Assembly (NCBI GenBank): GCA_964616845.1
Contig: CAZTUN010000004.1
Span: forward strand, 1-41,606
Reading direction: 5' to 3'
Source of the DNA: an uncultured Rickettsiales bacterium
GTDB lineage: Bacteria; Pseudomonadota; Alphaproteobacteria; Rickettsiales; UBA6187
Length of the DNA stretch: 41,606 nt
Position numbers and translations under genes: made by a program. Shown here piece by piece: positions 7,115 through 16,180 of this stretch (positions are counted from its first letter, which is position 1; each line of letters begins with the position of its first letter). The notes beneath the pieces were generated by a model that did no database searches, was not told the origin of the DNA, and was given only the letters and a program-made list of their open reading frames with translations.

Positions 7115-7462
7115 CTAAAAAACTTCTAAAATCTTCGGTTTTTCTGCTATATTTTCCATTTTACTGTTAAAAAAAGTCTCCATTGTTGCAAATTGTTTAT
7201 CAGTAATATACATCAGAGTAATTTTTCCCATTGGTGGTAATTTATGCCTTATTCTATCAGATAAAGCCGTTGTCTTTTCTCTACTGCCAACAAAACGCAT
7301 ATAAACCGAAAACTGCGCCATTCTAAATCCCTGATCTAGTAAATATAATCTAAATTTAGAAGCATTCTTACGCTCTAAAGCTGTAAAAGTAGGCAAATCA
7401 AACATAACCATCATCCACATAAGCTTATACTCACTTTCCATATGTACAACTCTCACATCCAA
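7115..7462 (-). CDS. cas2: CRISPR-associated endoribonuclease Cas2 (type II)
   Basis: MMVMFDLPTFTALERKNASKFRLYLLDQGFRMAQFSVYMRF...GKITLMYITDKQF is the type II Cas2 pattern. The likely true start is the Met at 7441 (MESEYKLMW), overlapping the cas1 end. Confidence 0.9.
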   Translation of the reverse strand: MDVRVVHMESEYKLMWMMVMFDLPTFTALERKNASKFRLYLLDQGFRMAQFSVYMRFVGSREKTTALSDRIRHKLPPMGKITLMYITDKQFATMETFFNSKMENIAEKPKILEVF

Positions 7463-8357
7463 TCGGTATAACTGATTCTGGAAATAATAATTTTAATTCC
7501 TTTTCTTCAAACGATCTAGTTAGCGATTGTGCCGTCAGCAAAACCGCATTAGAAACTTTTCTGCGCTCACCTCCCATAATAATTTGCGCCTCCAAAATCC
7601 CTGCAAGTACAAGCTTAGATTCTTTATTCACCTCGCAAATATTATTTCTTAACAATTTTGCCACAGTAAAATCTATCAATGGCCTATAAACTTCCATTAA
7701 ATCATCCACTAAACAAAATGGGTTTTTAGCGTTACTATGATGTAACCCTATAGCAGGGTGCAGTCCCACCGAAATTACAGACCGTGAAACCGCAGATCTT
7801 AATACTGCATAGCCATAATTTAATAACCCATTAATTCCCGGTAAATCTCGATTTCTTAGAAAATCTTCTCCCATTAATGCTGGCCAGTATTTACGTGATG
7901 CCTGAGCCTCTATATTGCCATTGTCGCCAGATTTTACCCGTTTAGCCATTTCAAATAATCCATCTGCAATTTGCGAAGAATTAATTGCTTTTAGTACTTC
8001 TGCTTGGCCAATAATTTTCTTCTGAATTATTTTTTGCCAAGTATTTTTTATGAAGGGTTTACTCGCATCAAGCTGCAATTGCAAATTACCTGATTGCTTA
8101 TGATGGCTAACTACTGGCCATACCATACTGGCAGGATTATGATTAGGAGAACAAAATATTATCGGAATACCCTCATCCGCACAAGCTACTATAATATTCT
8201 GGCTAACGGTTGCCTGATAACTATTAACCAATAGTGCTTCTATACTATCGAGAGGAATAACCGCAAGCGTATTATCTTGACTAGTAATTTTAAGAGAATT
8301 TCTTAATAAACCAAGATGAATTCCATTATTGGTTATTTCAACTATTGTACTTGACAT
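7431..8357 (-). CDS. cas1: CRISPR-associated endonuclease Cas1 (type II)
   Basis: 308 aa with the conserved LLNYGYAVLRSAVSRSVISVGLHPAIGLHHSNAKNPFCLVDDLMEVYRPLID block. It overlaps the cas9 stop by 20 nt. Confidence 0.93.
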   Translation of the reverse strand: MSSTIVEITNNGIHLGLLRNSLKITSQDNTLAVIPLDSIEALLVNSYQATVSQNIIVACADEGIPIIFCSPNHNPASMVWPVVSHHKQSGNLQLQLDASKPFIKNTWQKIIQKKIIGQAEVLKAINSSQIADGLFEMAKRVKSGDNGNIEAQASRKYWPALMGEDFLRNRDLPGINGLLNYGYAVLRSAVSRSVISVGLHPAIGLHHSNAKNPFCLVDDLMEVYRPLIDFTVAKLLRNNICEVNKESKLVLAGILEAQIIMGGERRKVSNAVLLTAQSLTRSFEEKELKLLFPESVIPIGCESCTYGK

Positions 8358-11300
8358 CTAAACTCCCGCTTAAGGTTTCAGTTACTGGTATTCTTCCAGC
8401 ATCCCATACCTTGCCAGCAGGCGTTATATATACTTTACGCGCTTTTTTTATTTTTAATAGATTAGCTGAGGCTCCCCAAGTCTTCTCATTAGGCTTCTTC
8501 TCGTAGGCTACAAAATGTGGCACTAAAAATATTCCATTTTTAACATTGGCAATTTTTTTAACTCTTCTAATTTCTAAAATTCCATTTTCTTCATAGGCAA
8601 CCATATCATTAATATGTAAGCGCATAACAAGCTTTGCGGTTGCAAATCCTTTCCACTCTTTTTTAGCGATAATATTTTTACCTTGACGTATTATTCTATA
8701 TATTCCCTCTTTACCTTTTTGCCATTCAGGCAGGTAATTCTTTTGATTAGCATCAAAAGTAGTAACAACTTCCGCTGCCCATTCATTAGCCTCATATTTG
8801 CGCCCATCACTTAACTCAACATCTTTTGTGGGACAAAATATATCAACATGGTGATTACTCCCTGTAGCCATATATTTATAAGGTTTTCCTTGCTTATCTT
8901 TAATCGATATTACAGTATTTGCTGTCTTAACTTCCAATGTTCTAACACTATTTATATTATGTTTCTTTGCAAATTGAGATATAATTTCCTCAAACTCTAA
9001 CTCTCCTTGACGTAACCTAATTTCTGCTAATAATTTGTCTCTTATTTTAGCATCTCTAATACTATCTATATCTTTTTCTTTTAAAGCAGATAACTTACAT
9101 CGTACTACCAAAGTTAATTTACCTTCTTTATCATTACTATTAACTAGCCCATAATAAGTATCTTTGTGCAGCTGTCCTGAGGTAGAACCTCTATTGAAAC
9201 TACCATGATCTTGTTTATGAGAAACCACTATATCATAGATTTGTGACTTTAATTTTACAAAATCATATAATTCATATGGTTTTGTTTTTGTAAGCATCCT
9301 TTCTAAGGAAACTCCATCATATATCTTATCTTGTGCACTTAAGCGACTTATGGCGTTTAATTTTGAACGGTTACAACAAGCAATCACTATTGCGTCAACC
9401 GCATGATGTCTATGATCTAAGCGATCTTTAGAGTTATCTTCCTGATTTTCAGCTAGTATAGCATCAAAACCCCAAGCTTTCCTAAGTTTAGCTGTCATTC
9501 TCCCAGGATATGTATCCACATTTTCTGTCAAATATCGTAAATATTCTTTGGTTATTCTAGCCATATATGCAGTATCAATAAGTTGTCTTGCCTGCCAGCC
9601 TTTATCACCAGACTTGCTATCTTCCTCAAAAGTTTTCATAGCATCTTCTTTAAAACGCCATTTTTTACTTGCTGGTAATGATGAAACTCTGGCTATAATT
9701 TGATCGTAAACTTCTTTAGATAATCCAAAAGCCTCATAAGGTGATTTATTACCTTTTCGTTGATTATACTCTCGTAATACCAAAACCTTATTTGCTACTG
9801 AATCATCTAAAGTTCTAGAAAAAGGCAATATATGATCAACTTCTGTCTTTTCACTTAACGCATCTGTTAAACTCATATTCTTACCGCTGTAAATACAGAT
9901 CTTGTTTTGTTGATAATATAACTTTAATTTTAACCTATAATCTCTCGAAGGAACTAATCCGCATGCTTTTATCTCATCATTAAATTTTTCATTATCCTCC
10001 TGATTTTTCTTATTTTCTTTATTTAATTTGATCTTTTCTTTTTGATTTAACTTAAGATCTCTTGCAAGTTCAACCGCAACCTCACTTGGCACGCCAAATC
10101 TTAATACCAGTTCATTTATTATTTTTCTTAGCTGATTAAGCGCAATATGAACTGTAGGATTACCAATTTTGCCATAATATTTTTCTTCTGTATCTTCACT
10201 ATTTCCACTACCAAAAGAAACGTATGACTCAAGTAGCTTGCCGTAATAAGGAAATGGATTTTGTTTGGTAATATTCCATATTTCACCAGTATAGCCTACC
10301 GCATCTGAAAACATTCCTTGTTTTTTACATTCGATTATAGAATCATATTCTTTTAACCCAGATTCTAAATATGGAATTAATGAAATAATAGCTTTATGAG
10401 AATATTTAAAAGTACCATCTTCTAGCGCAACATCAATTATATTTTTTATATTATCGTCTGATAAATATGAAAACTCAGATTTAAGCCATTTTTCTAATTC
10501 CTCATCAGAAATTCTATCATCTAATAACTTCATGACTACTTCGTCTTGTTTACTAAGATCAAGTTTTTGCCAATTATCAGCAAATCTAGTTTCTTTTGCC
10601 ATCTCTATGAAGGTGGATTCTCCTTGTAGATCTTGTCTTGCTTCATATTCAAGATTAAATTCTAGATCTGAGGATAAAGAAAGTTTTTTTCTTATCGAGG
10701 AAAATTTAACTTTCTTATTGCTATATAATAGCGATATTATTTTGTCTAAATCATCTTTAGATAAATCACTACTTGTTTTTCTCCAAGTCTTATCAACAAT
10801 TTTAAGATTATTAACTTCTTTTAAAATCCTAAACCTCTGTGCCGAAGGCAGGGCTGCAAAAGCCCGTTCTTCTTTTGGTATAAGGCTACACCTACCTTTC
10901 TTTTGAGGTTTTAGTGGTCTTTGATAAAATATAGCGTCTTTAAGTTCTTCTACTAGCTCTTTATTCAGCAGATCAGGATAGTACATAGCTTGCTTTTCTA
11001 ATATCTGCTCCATCTCATATTCAAGCATTGATCGTTGCGGATAAAAATCATATATATTTTTACTCTTATTTACAGTTGCTCTTACTCTTTTTACATCGTT
11101 ATGAAAAAGAAACTCACCTATAGTTCGCCAACCATTTTCTTTCATAACACTTATTGTGTTATTAACTGCTTCATTTACAGCTCCACTATCTTTATCTTTT
11201 GCTGCCTGTTTTCTATTACTTTTAAAACCTCTGCGCTGATTAATATGAAAAATAACTCTACCCAACTCATATAAAGTAATTTTATCATCTAATGCCTTTA

Positions 11301-11607
11301 CCCTTAAAAAATAAGGGTCTAGGCTAGTTAGTTTTTTTCTATCACTTACTTCTGATGGCATTAATTTTTTTGTAACAAGAAAATTTAAAAGATTATTGCG
11401 TCTCCTGACAAAACGATCTCTACGTCTACGCATTCCTCTAGCTTCTCTCCTTTCTACAGCTAAAGAAGTCTTGGTTTTACTGTCTCTACCATCTGAGAAT
11501 ATCCTAACTCCTGCATGAAAAACATCATATGGATTACCTTCCCTTAATTCGACTAAAGCAAATCCTATTGAGTTTGTTCCTACATCAAGTCCAAGACGGT
11601 ATTGCAT
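8338..11607 (-). CDS. cas9: CRISPR-associated endonuclease Cas9, compact type II-C-like (1089 aa)
   Basis: RuvC-I is LGLDVGTNSIGFALVE. The Arg-rich bridge helix is RREARGMRRRRDRFVRRRNNLL. RuvC-II is EVAVELARD, HNH is EVDHILPFSRTLDDSVANKVLVLREYNQRKGNKSPYE, and RuvC-III is HRHHAVDAIVIAC. Confidence 0.97.
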   Translation of the reverse strand: MQYRLGLDVGTNSIGFALVELREGNPYDVFHAGVRIFSDGRDSKTKTSLAVERREARGMRRRRDRFVRRRNNLLNFLVTKKLMPSEVSDRKKLTSLDPYFLRVKALDDKITLYELGRVIFHINQRRGFKSNRKQAAKDKDSGAVNEAVNNTISVMKENGWRTIGEFLFHNDVKRVRATVNKSKNIYDFYPQRSMLEYEMEQILEKQAMYYPDLLNKELVEELKDAIFYQRPLKPQKKGRCSLIPKEERAFAALPSAQRFRILKEVNNLKIVDKTWRKTSSDLSKDDLDKIISLLYSNKKVKFSSIRKKLSLSSDLEFNLEYEARQDLQGESTFIEMAKETRFADNWQKLDLSKQDEVVMKLLDDRISDEELEKWLKSEFSYLSDDNIKNIIDVALEDGTFKYSHKAIISLIPYLESGLKEYDSIIECKKQGMFSDAVGYTGEIWNITKQNPFPYYGKLLESYVSFGSGNSEDTEEKYYGKIGNPTVHIALNQLRKIINELVLRFGVPSEVAVELARDLKLNQKEKIKLNKENKKNQEDNEKFNDEIKACGLVPSRDYRLKLKLYYQQNKICIYSGKNMSLTDALSEKTEVDHILPFSRTLDDSVANKVLVLREYNQRKGNKSPYEAFGLSKEVYDQIIARVSSLPASKKWRFKEDAMKTFEEDSKSGDKGWQARQLIDTAYMARITKEYLRYLTENVDTYPGRMTAKLRKAWGFDAILAENQEDNSKDRLDHRHHAVDAIVIACCNRSKLNAISRLSAQDKIYDGVSLERMLTKTKPYELYDFVKLKSQIYDIVVSHKQDHGSFNRGSTSGQLHKDTYYGLVNSNDKEGKLTLVVRCKLSALKEKDIDSIRDAKIRDKLLAEIRLRQGELEFEEIISQFAKKHNINSVRTLEVKTANTVISIKDKQGKPYKYMATGSNHHVDIFCPTKDVELSDGRKYEANEWAAEVVTTFDANQKNYLPEWQKGKEGIYRIIRQGKNIIAKKEWKGFATAKLVMRLHINDMVAYEENGILEIRRVKKIANVKNGIFLVPHFVAYEKKPNEKTWGASANLLKIKKARKVYITPAGKVWDAGRIPVTETLSGSLDVKYNS

Positions 11608-11684
11608 AAATTTTATTCCTCTATGTTTCTATAGTTTTAAAATATCTATTGCCAATAAATATATATTATGCTAACAATAATTTT

Positions 11685-11766
11685 ATTAGATTAGAATGTC
11701 CAGTCGTTAATAAGATGAAACATTCACAAAATACGAGGTAGAGCTGCGGTTTTACCTCTTTTTTTT
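11685..11766 (+). ncRNA. predicted tracrRNA (anti-repeat, short hairpin, intrinsic terminator)
   Basis: Bases 11685-11703 (ATTAGATTAGAATGTCCAG) are the exact reverse complement of repeat positions 8-26. The following TCGTTAAT can pair with repeat positions 1-7 using G-U pairs and one bulge. AAG then follows, as in Nme tracrRNA. The 5' end is approximate. Confidence 0.7.
11735..11766 (+). terminator. rho-independent terminator of the predicted tracrRNA
   Basis: The stem GAGGTA / TACCTC has a 12-nt loop and is followed by T8 (11759-11766). Confidence 0.7.
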
Positions 11767-11929
11767 ATCAGCTATTTTTTTATTTTAACTAATCCATTTT
11801 ATACGGCTAAGTTTTAGCTCGGTCTTTATGTCAGTGATAAGTCAATCCTACATTCAATTACCTTAAAATCTATAATTAAATTCTGTATTTGATTGCAAGC
11901 CTAAAGAAATTAATTTGAAATAATATAAA

Positions 11930-12006
11930 TGGTGAGACCGGCGCGATTCGAACGCGCGACCCCCAGATTAGGAATCTAGTGCTCTATCCAACTGAGCTAC
12001 GGCCTC
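11930..12006 (-). tRNA. tRNA-Arg (anticodon CCT), CCA-encoded
   Basis: The reverse complement folds as a cloverleaf. The acceptor is GAGGCCG/CGGTCTC, the D arm is GCTC..GAGC, and the anticodon stem CTAGA/TCTGG carries the loop TTCCTAA. The T arm is GCGCG-TTCGAAT-CGCGC, with a 3' ACCA. Confidence 0.9.
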
Positions 12007-12079
12007 ATATCGATAATTTTTGCCAGTATAGGCAAATATCTTCATAAAGCAAAAAATATTACAACTAATTGACAAGTTT

Positions 12080-13450
12080 TTAATAACGATTTTTACGTAA
12101 TTGACTTGCCAATAAGAATGCTAATTCTACACTTTGTGACGCATTAAGTCTTGGATCGCAATGAGTATGATAACGATCCTTTAAATTAAGTTCTGAAATT
12201 GCCTGAGCTCCACCCACACATTCAGTAACATCTTGACCCGTCATTTCTAAATGAATCCCACCAGCATAAGTGCCTTCAGCATTATGAACATCAAATACTT
12301 TTTTCACTTCAGATAATATCCTATTAAATGGTCTGGTTTTATAACCATTTGGAGACTTTATTGTATTACCATGCATAGGATCGCATGACCAAATTACATT
12401 ACGTCCCTCATGCTTAACTCTTCTAAGTAATGGCGGCAAGTGTGCTTCTACTTTATCATCACCCATACGAGATATAAGCGTTAATTTACCAGGAATATTA
12501 TCAGGGTTTAAAACATCTATTAACCTTAATAGATCATCTTCCTGCATTGAAGGACCAACTTTCATTCCTATAGGATTACTAATTCCTCTCATATACTCAA
12601 CATGAGCCTCGTCAATATTGCGTGTACGATCACCTATCCACAACATATGTGCAGACGATGAAAAATATTTGCCAGTCTTTTTATCTTTACGAGTCAAAGC
12701 CTCTTCATAATTTAATAATAAAGCTTCATGAGAAGTAAAAAATATAGCTTCATGCAATTCATGTATCTTAGCTAAATCTATTCCTAAAGAATTTATAAAA
12801 CCTAAACTCTCGTTAATTCTTTCAACTAAATCAGAAAATAATTTAGATTGCGCAGAACTATTGGCAAATTCTTGATTCCACTTACTCACATTAGTTAAAG
12901 ATGCATAGCCTCCACTAGCCAAAGACTTTAAAAATTCTAAAGTATCAAAACTTTGGCTATAAGCCTTATATAATCTTTCTGGATCAGGAACACGACTAGC
13001 ATCTTCAAAATCAATACTATTTACCATATCACCACGATATGCAGGAAGGGTTTTTCCCTCTATTTCTTCAATATCTGAAGAACGAGGCTTTGCAAATTGA
13101 CCAGCAATCCTACCAACTTTTACCACTGGCTTACCCGTTCCATACATCAGAGCAACGGTCATTTGAAGAAAGACACGAAAATAATTTTTTAAGTTATTAT
13201 GGCTATATTCAGCAAAACTTTCAGCACAATCTCCACCCTGTAGTAAGAATGCTTCACCATTGGCAACTTTAGCTAAATCACTGTTTAAGCGTTCAATCTC
13301 AGAAAATTTTACTAAATCCTTACTTTTATGCAACTTATCTTCAACTTTCTTTAATATTTTGCTATCTTGATAGATGGGTTGCTGTTTTATAGGAAACGCA
13401 CGCCACGAATCAATTTTCCAAGATTTTCTAGATTTTTCTTTACTACTCAT
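12080..13450 (-). CDS. 3-deoxy-7-phosphoheptulonate (DAHP) synthase, class II
   Basis: 456 aa with an N-terminal SWRAFPIKQQPIYQD motif, plus LLQGGDCAESF and HLEMTG..VTECVGG, all characteristic of class II (plant-like) DAHP synthases. Confidence 0.9.
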   Translation of the reverse strand: MSSKEKSRKSWKIDSWRAFPIKQQPIYQDSKILKKVEDKLHKSKDLVKFSEIERLNSDLAKVANGEAFLLQGGDCAESFAEYSHNNLKNYFRVFLQMTVALMYGTGKPVVKVGRIAGQFAKPRSSDIEEIEGKTLPAYRGDMVNSIDFEDASRVPDPERLYKAYSQSFDTLEFLKSLASGGYASLTNVSKWNQEFANSSAQSKLFSDLVERINESLGFINSLGIDLAKIHELHEAIFFTSHEALLLNYEEALTRKDKKTGKYFSSSAHMLWIGDRTRNIDEAHVEYMRGISNPIGMKVGPSMQEDDLLRLIDVLNPDNIPGKLTLISRMGDDKVEAHLPPLLRRVKHEGRNVIWSCDPMHGNTIKSPNGYKTRPFNRILSEVKKVFDVHNAEGTYAGGIHLEMTGQDVTECVGGAQAISELNLKDRYHTHCDPRLNASQSVELAFLLASQLRKNRY

Positions 13451-13565
13451 GAGACTCCGTTATATCCTTCTTAAGAACATGTCCATTTTAGATTATGGGC
13501 AATTATTATAGTCTAGTAGGCTATGATAGTAAATAAGATCTATTATATATTTTTGAGTATATTTT

Positions 13566-14405
13566 ATGAAAAAAAACAATATAATTGCTTTTCAAGGGAT
13601 TATGGGAGCTCATTCGGACCTTGCCTGCCGTAAAGCATATCCTTATATGGATACTTTAGCATGCTCATCATTTGCTAAGGCAATCGCTAGCGTCCAAGAA
13701 GGCAAAGCAGATCTTTGTCTTATTCCAATTGAGAATAGCTCATCTGGAAGAGTTGCTGAAATACATAATTTATTACCCAAAACTAATTTACATATCGTTG
13801 GAGAATATTTACAACCAATTTCGCAACATTTAATGGCCATTAAAGGCACTAAATTAAGCGACATAACCGAAATACATTCGCACCCTCAAGCTCTTATGCA
13901 ATGTAGCAAGAGACTTGAAGAATTAAGCAATCAAATTACCAAAGTGGAGGCTGCCAATACAGCAATTGCTGCCAAAATGATTGCTCAAAGCAACAGTAAA
14001 CACAAAGCTGCTATTGCTTCAGAACTTGCTGCAGAAATTTATGGTCTTGAAATTATAGAAAAAAATATTGAAGATAATCACAATAACAGCACTGTCTTTA
14101 TTGCAATGTCAAAAGAACCAATCGACCCAGACCCAAAGGAAGGTAAAGTAATCACAAGTCTTATCTTTACAGCAAGAAATATACCTGCATCTTTGTATAA
14201 AGCATTGGGTGGATTTGCTACTAATCATGTTAATTTATTAAAAATAGAAAGCTATATTCCAACTGGCGAATCGCAAACAGCTCAATTTTTTATTAGTTTT
14301 GAAGGTAGCCCTAACGAAAAAAACGTTCAACTTGCACTTGAAGAACTTGGCTTTTTTTGCAAAAAAGTTAAATTGCTTGGTGTCTATTACGCAGCAAATT
14401 CTTAA
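13566..14405 (+). CDS. pheA: prephenate dehydratase
   Basis: 279 aa with IAFQGIMGAHSDLA, IPIENSSSGRV and a C-terminal ACT-like region ending with KLLGVY. Confidence 0.88.
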   Translation: MKKNNIIAFQGIMGAHSDLACRKAYPYMDTLACSSFAKAIASVQEGKADLCLIPIENSSSGRVAEIHNLLPKTNLHIVGEYLQPISQHLMAIKGTKLSDITEIHSHPQALMQCSKRLEELSNQITKVEAANTAIAAKMIAQSNSKHKAAIASELAAEIYGLEIIEKNIEDNHNNSTVFIAMSKEPIDPDPKEGKVITSLIFTARNIPASLYKALGGFATNHVNLLKIESYIPTGESQTAQFFISFEGSPNEKNVQLALEELGFFCKKVKLLGVYYAANS

Positions 14406-14427
14406 AATAATTTAATAACAACTATAA

Positions 14428-15210
14428 CTAGCTTTTTTCAGCAGCAGCAGCTCCTCTTTTGGCTGCTGGATCTTTTATAATTGTACTGACTTGCTGCTTT
14501 GAATCTTTTTGAATATATTGATCAAATATAGAAACAATCATAATACCTAATAAACTCTTACCATTTGCATGTTTTTGATCTAGTAATGTTTTAAGATTAT
14601 CTATTATTGCTCCTCGCCTTTCTTGACCAATCCTTACAGAGTCAATAACAAAAGTGCAACCTGTTTCGCATAAAGCAACACTGACAGGGTCTTTTTCTCC
14701 TTGCTCTAGATTTAATTCTTTATTCAATTGAGAATTATAATAATTTGCTAATTCTTGCTCTATATGAGCAAAGACTCTTTCTTTTTTACCTTGATCTTTT
14801 GATTTAGAACAATCGTTAAGAACTAATTCTAAAGATCTAGTAGCTTTATATAATGTAAAACTATCTAGGCTATCTCGTGCTGTCCTATTTATAGGAGTGC
14901 TCTTGTCTGGAAGAGAGGCTAAATTAATAAGATGCGATTTTTTAATCTCCTCAATTCTTTCCTGTGTGCCTTTTAAATTTATGGAAAATTTACTATCCTG
15001 TTCTTGTGGTAATATCTTCCTGTCGATAGAAATCTCAAGACCACCCCCTTTAAAAAGCTCATTTAGACCTTGTATAACTGGACCTAATCTTTGCAATTTA
15101 AATGCGGCTTCTAACTTTTTTTTATAATCACTATCTGGATTGAAGAAAGTCCAATCAACCCTATGAGTAGTAGCTTGTTGTTCTTGCATAGATTCTTTTG
15201 CTGCTGACAT
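14428..15210 (-). CDS. hypothetical protein (no recognisable domain)
   Basis: A 260-aa ORF, the only long frame here. It is soluble and charged, and I could assign no motif. Confidence 0.55.
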   Translation of the reverse strand: MSAAKESMQEQQATTHRVDWTFFNPDSDYKKKLEAAFKLQRLGPVIQGLNELFKGGGLEISIDRKILPQEQDSKFSINLKGTQERIEEIKKSHLINLASLPDKSTPINRTARDSLDSFTLYKATRSLELVLNDCSKSKDQGKKERVFAHIEQELANYYNSQLNKELNLEQGEKDPVSVALCETGCTFVIDSVRIGQERRGAIIDNLKTLLDQKHANGKSLLGIMIVSIFDQYIQKDSKQQVSTIIKDPAAKRGAAAAEKS

Positions 15211-15255
15211 ATCTAACTCACTATAATTTTCAAATTTCCAGTAAATTTCTATATA

Positions 15256-15687
15256 TTACAATATTTTAGTAAAAAACATTATGTGGTATATTATATAGGA
15301 AATAAGTGAAAAAGTAAATATATTAACTATCCTTACTCTAGCTAAACTACATATAATTATCATAAATGCGCCAAAATTTGGCATAGCAGTGAAGATTAAA
15401 AACATATAATTGAATTTACGCATAAATAAACAAAACTTAGCGTAACTTCCTTTTTGATTATTCAAATCAATAGCTCCATTTAAAGCTACAAGAAAAAATT
15501 TACCTATAAGAAAATTAACCAAAATGGCTAAAATATTACCTAAAAGAGACGCTATTATGAATAATTTAATGGGATAGATAGAAAATTCCCTTATAGCATA
15601 AATTGCAAGATATCCTTTTATAGGCAAGAAAATTGAAGACATAAAACTATCACATAATGTGTAAATAAGTGCTTCAACAAAAGACAT
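15256..15687 (-). CDS. small integral membrane protein, YqaA/DedA-superfamily-like
   Basis: 143 aa with about 4 TM segments. The blocks SFMSSIFLPIKG, LLGNILAILVNFLIGKFF and AMPNFGAFMIIICSLARVR parallel E. coli YqaA. Confidence 0.55.
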   Translation of the reverse strand: MSFVEALIYTLCDSFMSSIFLPIKGYLAIYAIREFSIYPIKLFIIASLLGNILAILVNFLIGKFFLVALNGAIDLNNQKGSYAKFCLFMRKFNYMFLIFTAMPNFGAFMIIICSLARVRIVNIFTFSLISYIIYHIMFFTKIL

Positions 15688-15840
15688 ATATTTTATAATT
15701 CCTTTAGAATTTATGCTATCAATTCATTATAAAATAGATAATGTTTTATGCAATAGCTTACATATACCTACCAGTTAGAAGATTTATAGCAGGATAAGTT
15801 AATGCGCTAGATGGTAATGTATTAGATAGATTTTTATAAT

Positions 15841-16059
15841 TTAAGCTCTTTCAACACCAGCAAACGCTTCCATGCTAGGAACTTGCAACCGACTATCAGG
15901 TGCTGTAACCCTATGAGACGTTTTTTGAAAATTAACTGATCCGCTAGCCCCATAATCAAACTTATAACCTAGATCTTGACCTCGATCTGTCTCCATAACA
16001 GTAGTAATAGGAGTAGTGTAGTTTGGAATGCCAGAGACTGTTTTTCTTTCATTAGACAT
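15841..16059 (-). CDS. small hypothetical protein (72 aa)
   Basis: AGAGGT lies 6 nt upstream of the ATG. The ORF is noticeably less AT-rich than its flanks, and no family is recognised. Confidence 0.45.
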   Translation of the reverse strand: MSNERKTVSGIPNYTTPITTVMETDRGQDLGYKFDYGASGSVNFQKTSHRVTAPDSRLQVPSMEAFAGVERA

Positions 16060-16180
16060 AAAATACCTCTAAAATTTATTTTGGTTAATATATTAGCAAT
16101 TCATCTAATGTTCAAGAAACATTATTATTTAAAATTACTTTTGAATTACACCCAATACCAAGACCAGAAACTGATTTAAC

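Noticed and set aside
11608-11700. A minus-strand tracrRNA orientation, with the anti-repeat read in the cas9 direction.
   Set aside because: In that orientation the RNA would run straight into the cas9 start with no terminator. The crRNA would have to end rather than begin with the GTTG-type repeat end, and the repeat -10 boxes would face the wrong way. The plus orientation satisfies all three cues.
12018-12036. The hairpin TTTTGCC-AGTATA-GGCAAA between tRNA-Arg and the DAHP synthase stop could be a terminator.
   Set aside because: The stem is only 6-7 bp and mostly A/T, and no U-tract follows it in the minus (gene) orientation. That is too weak to call.
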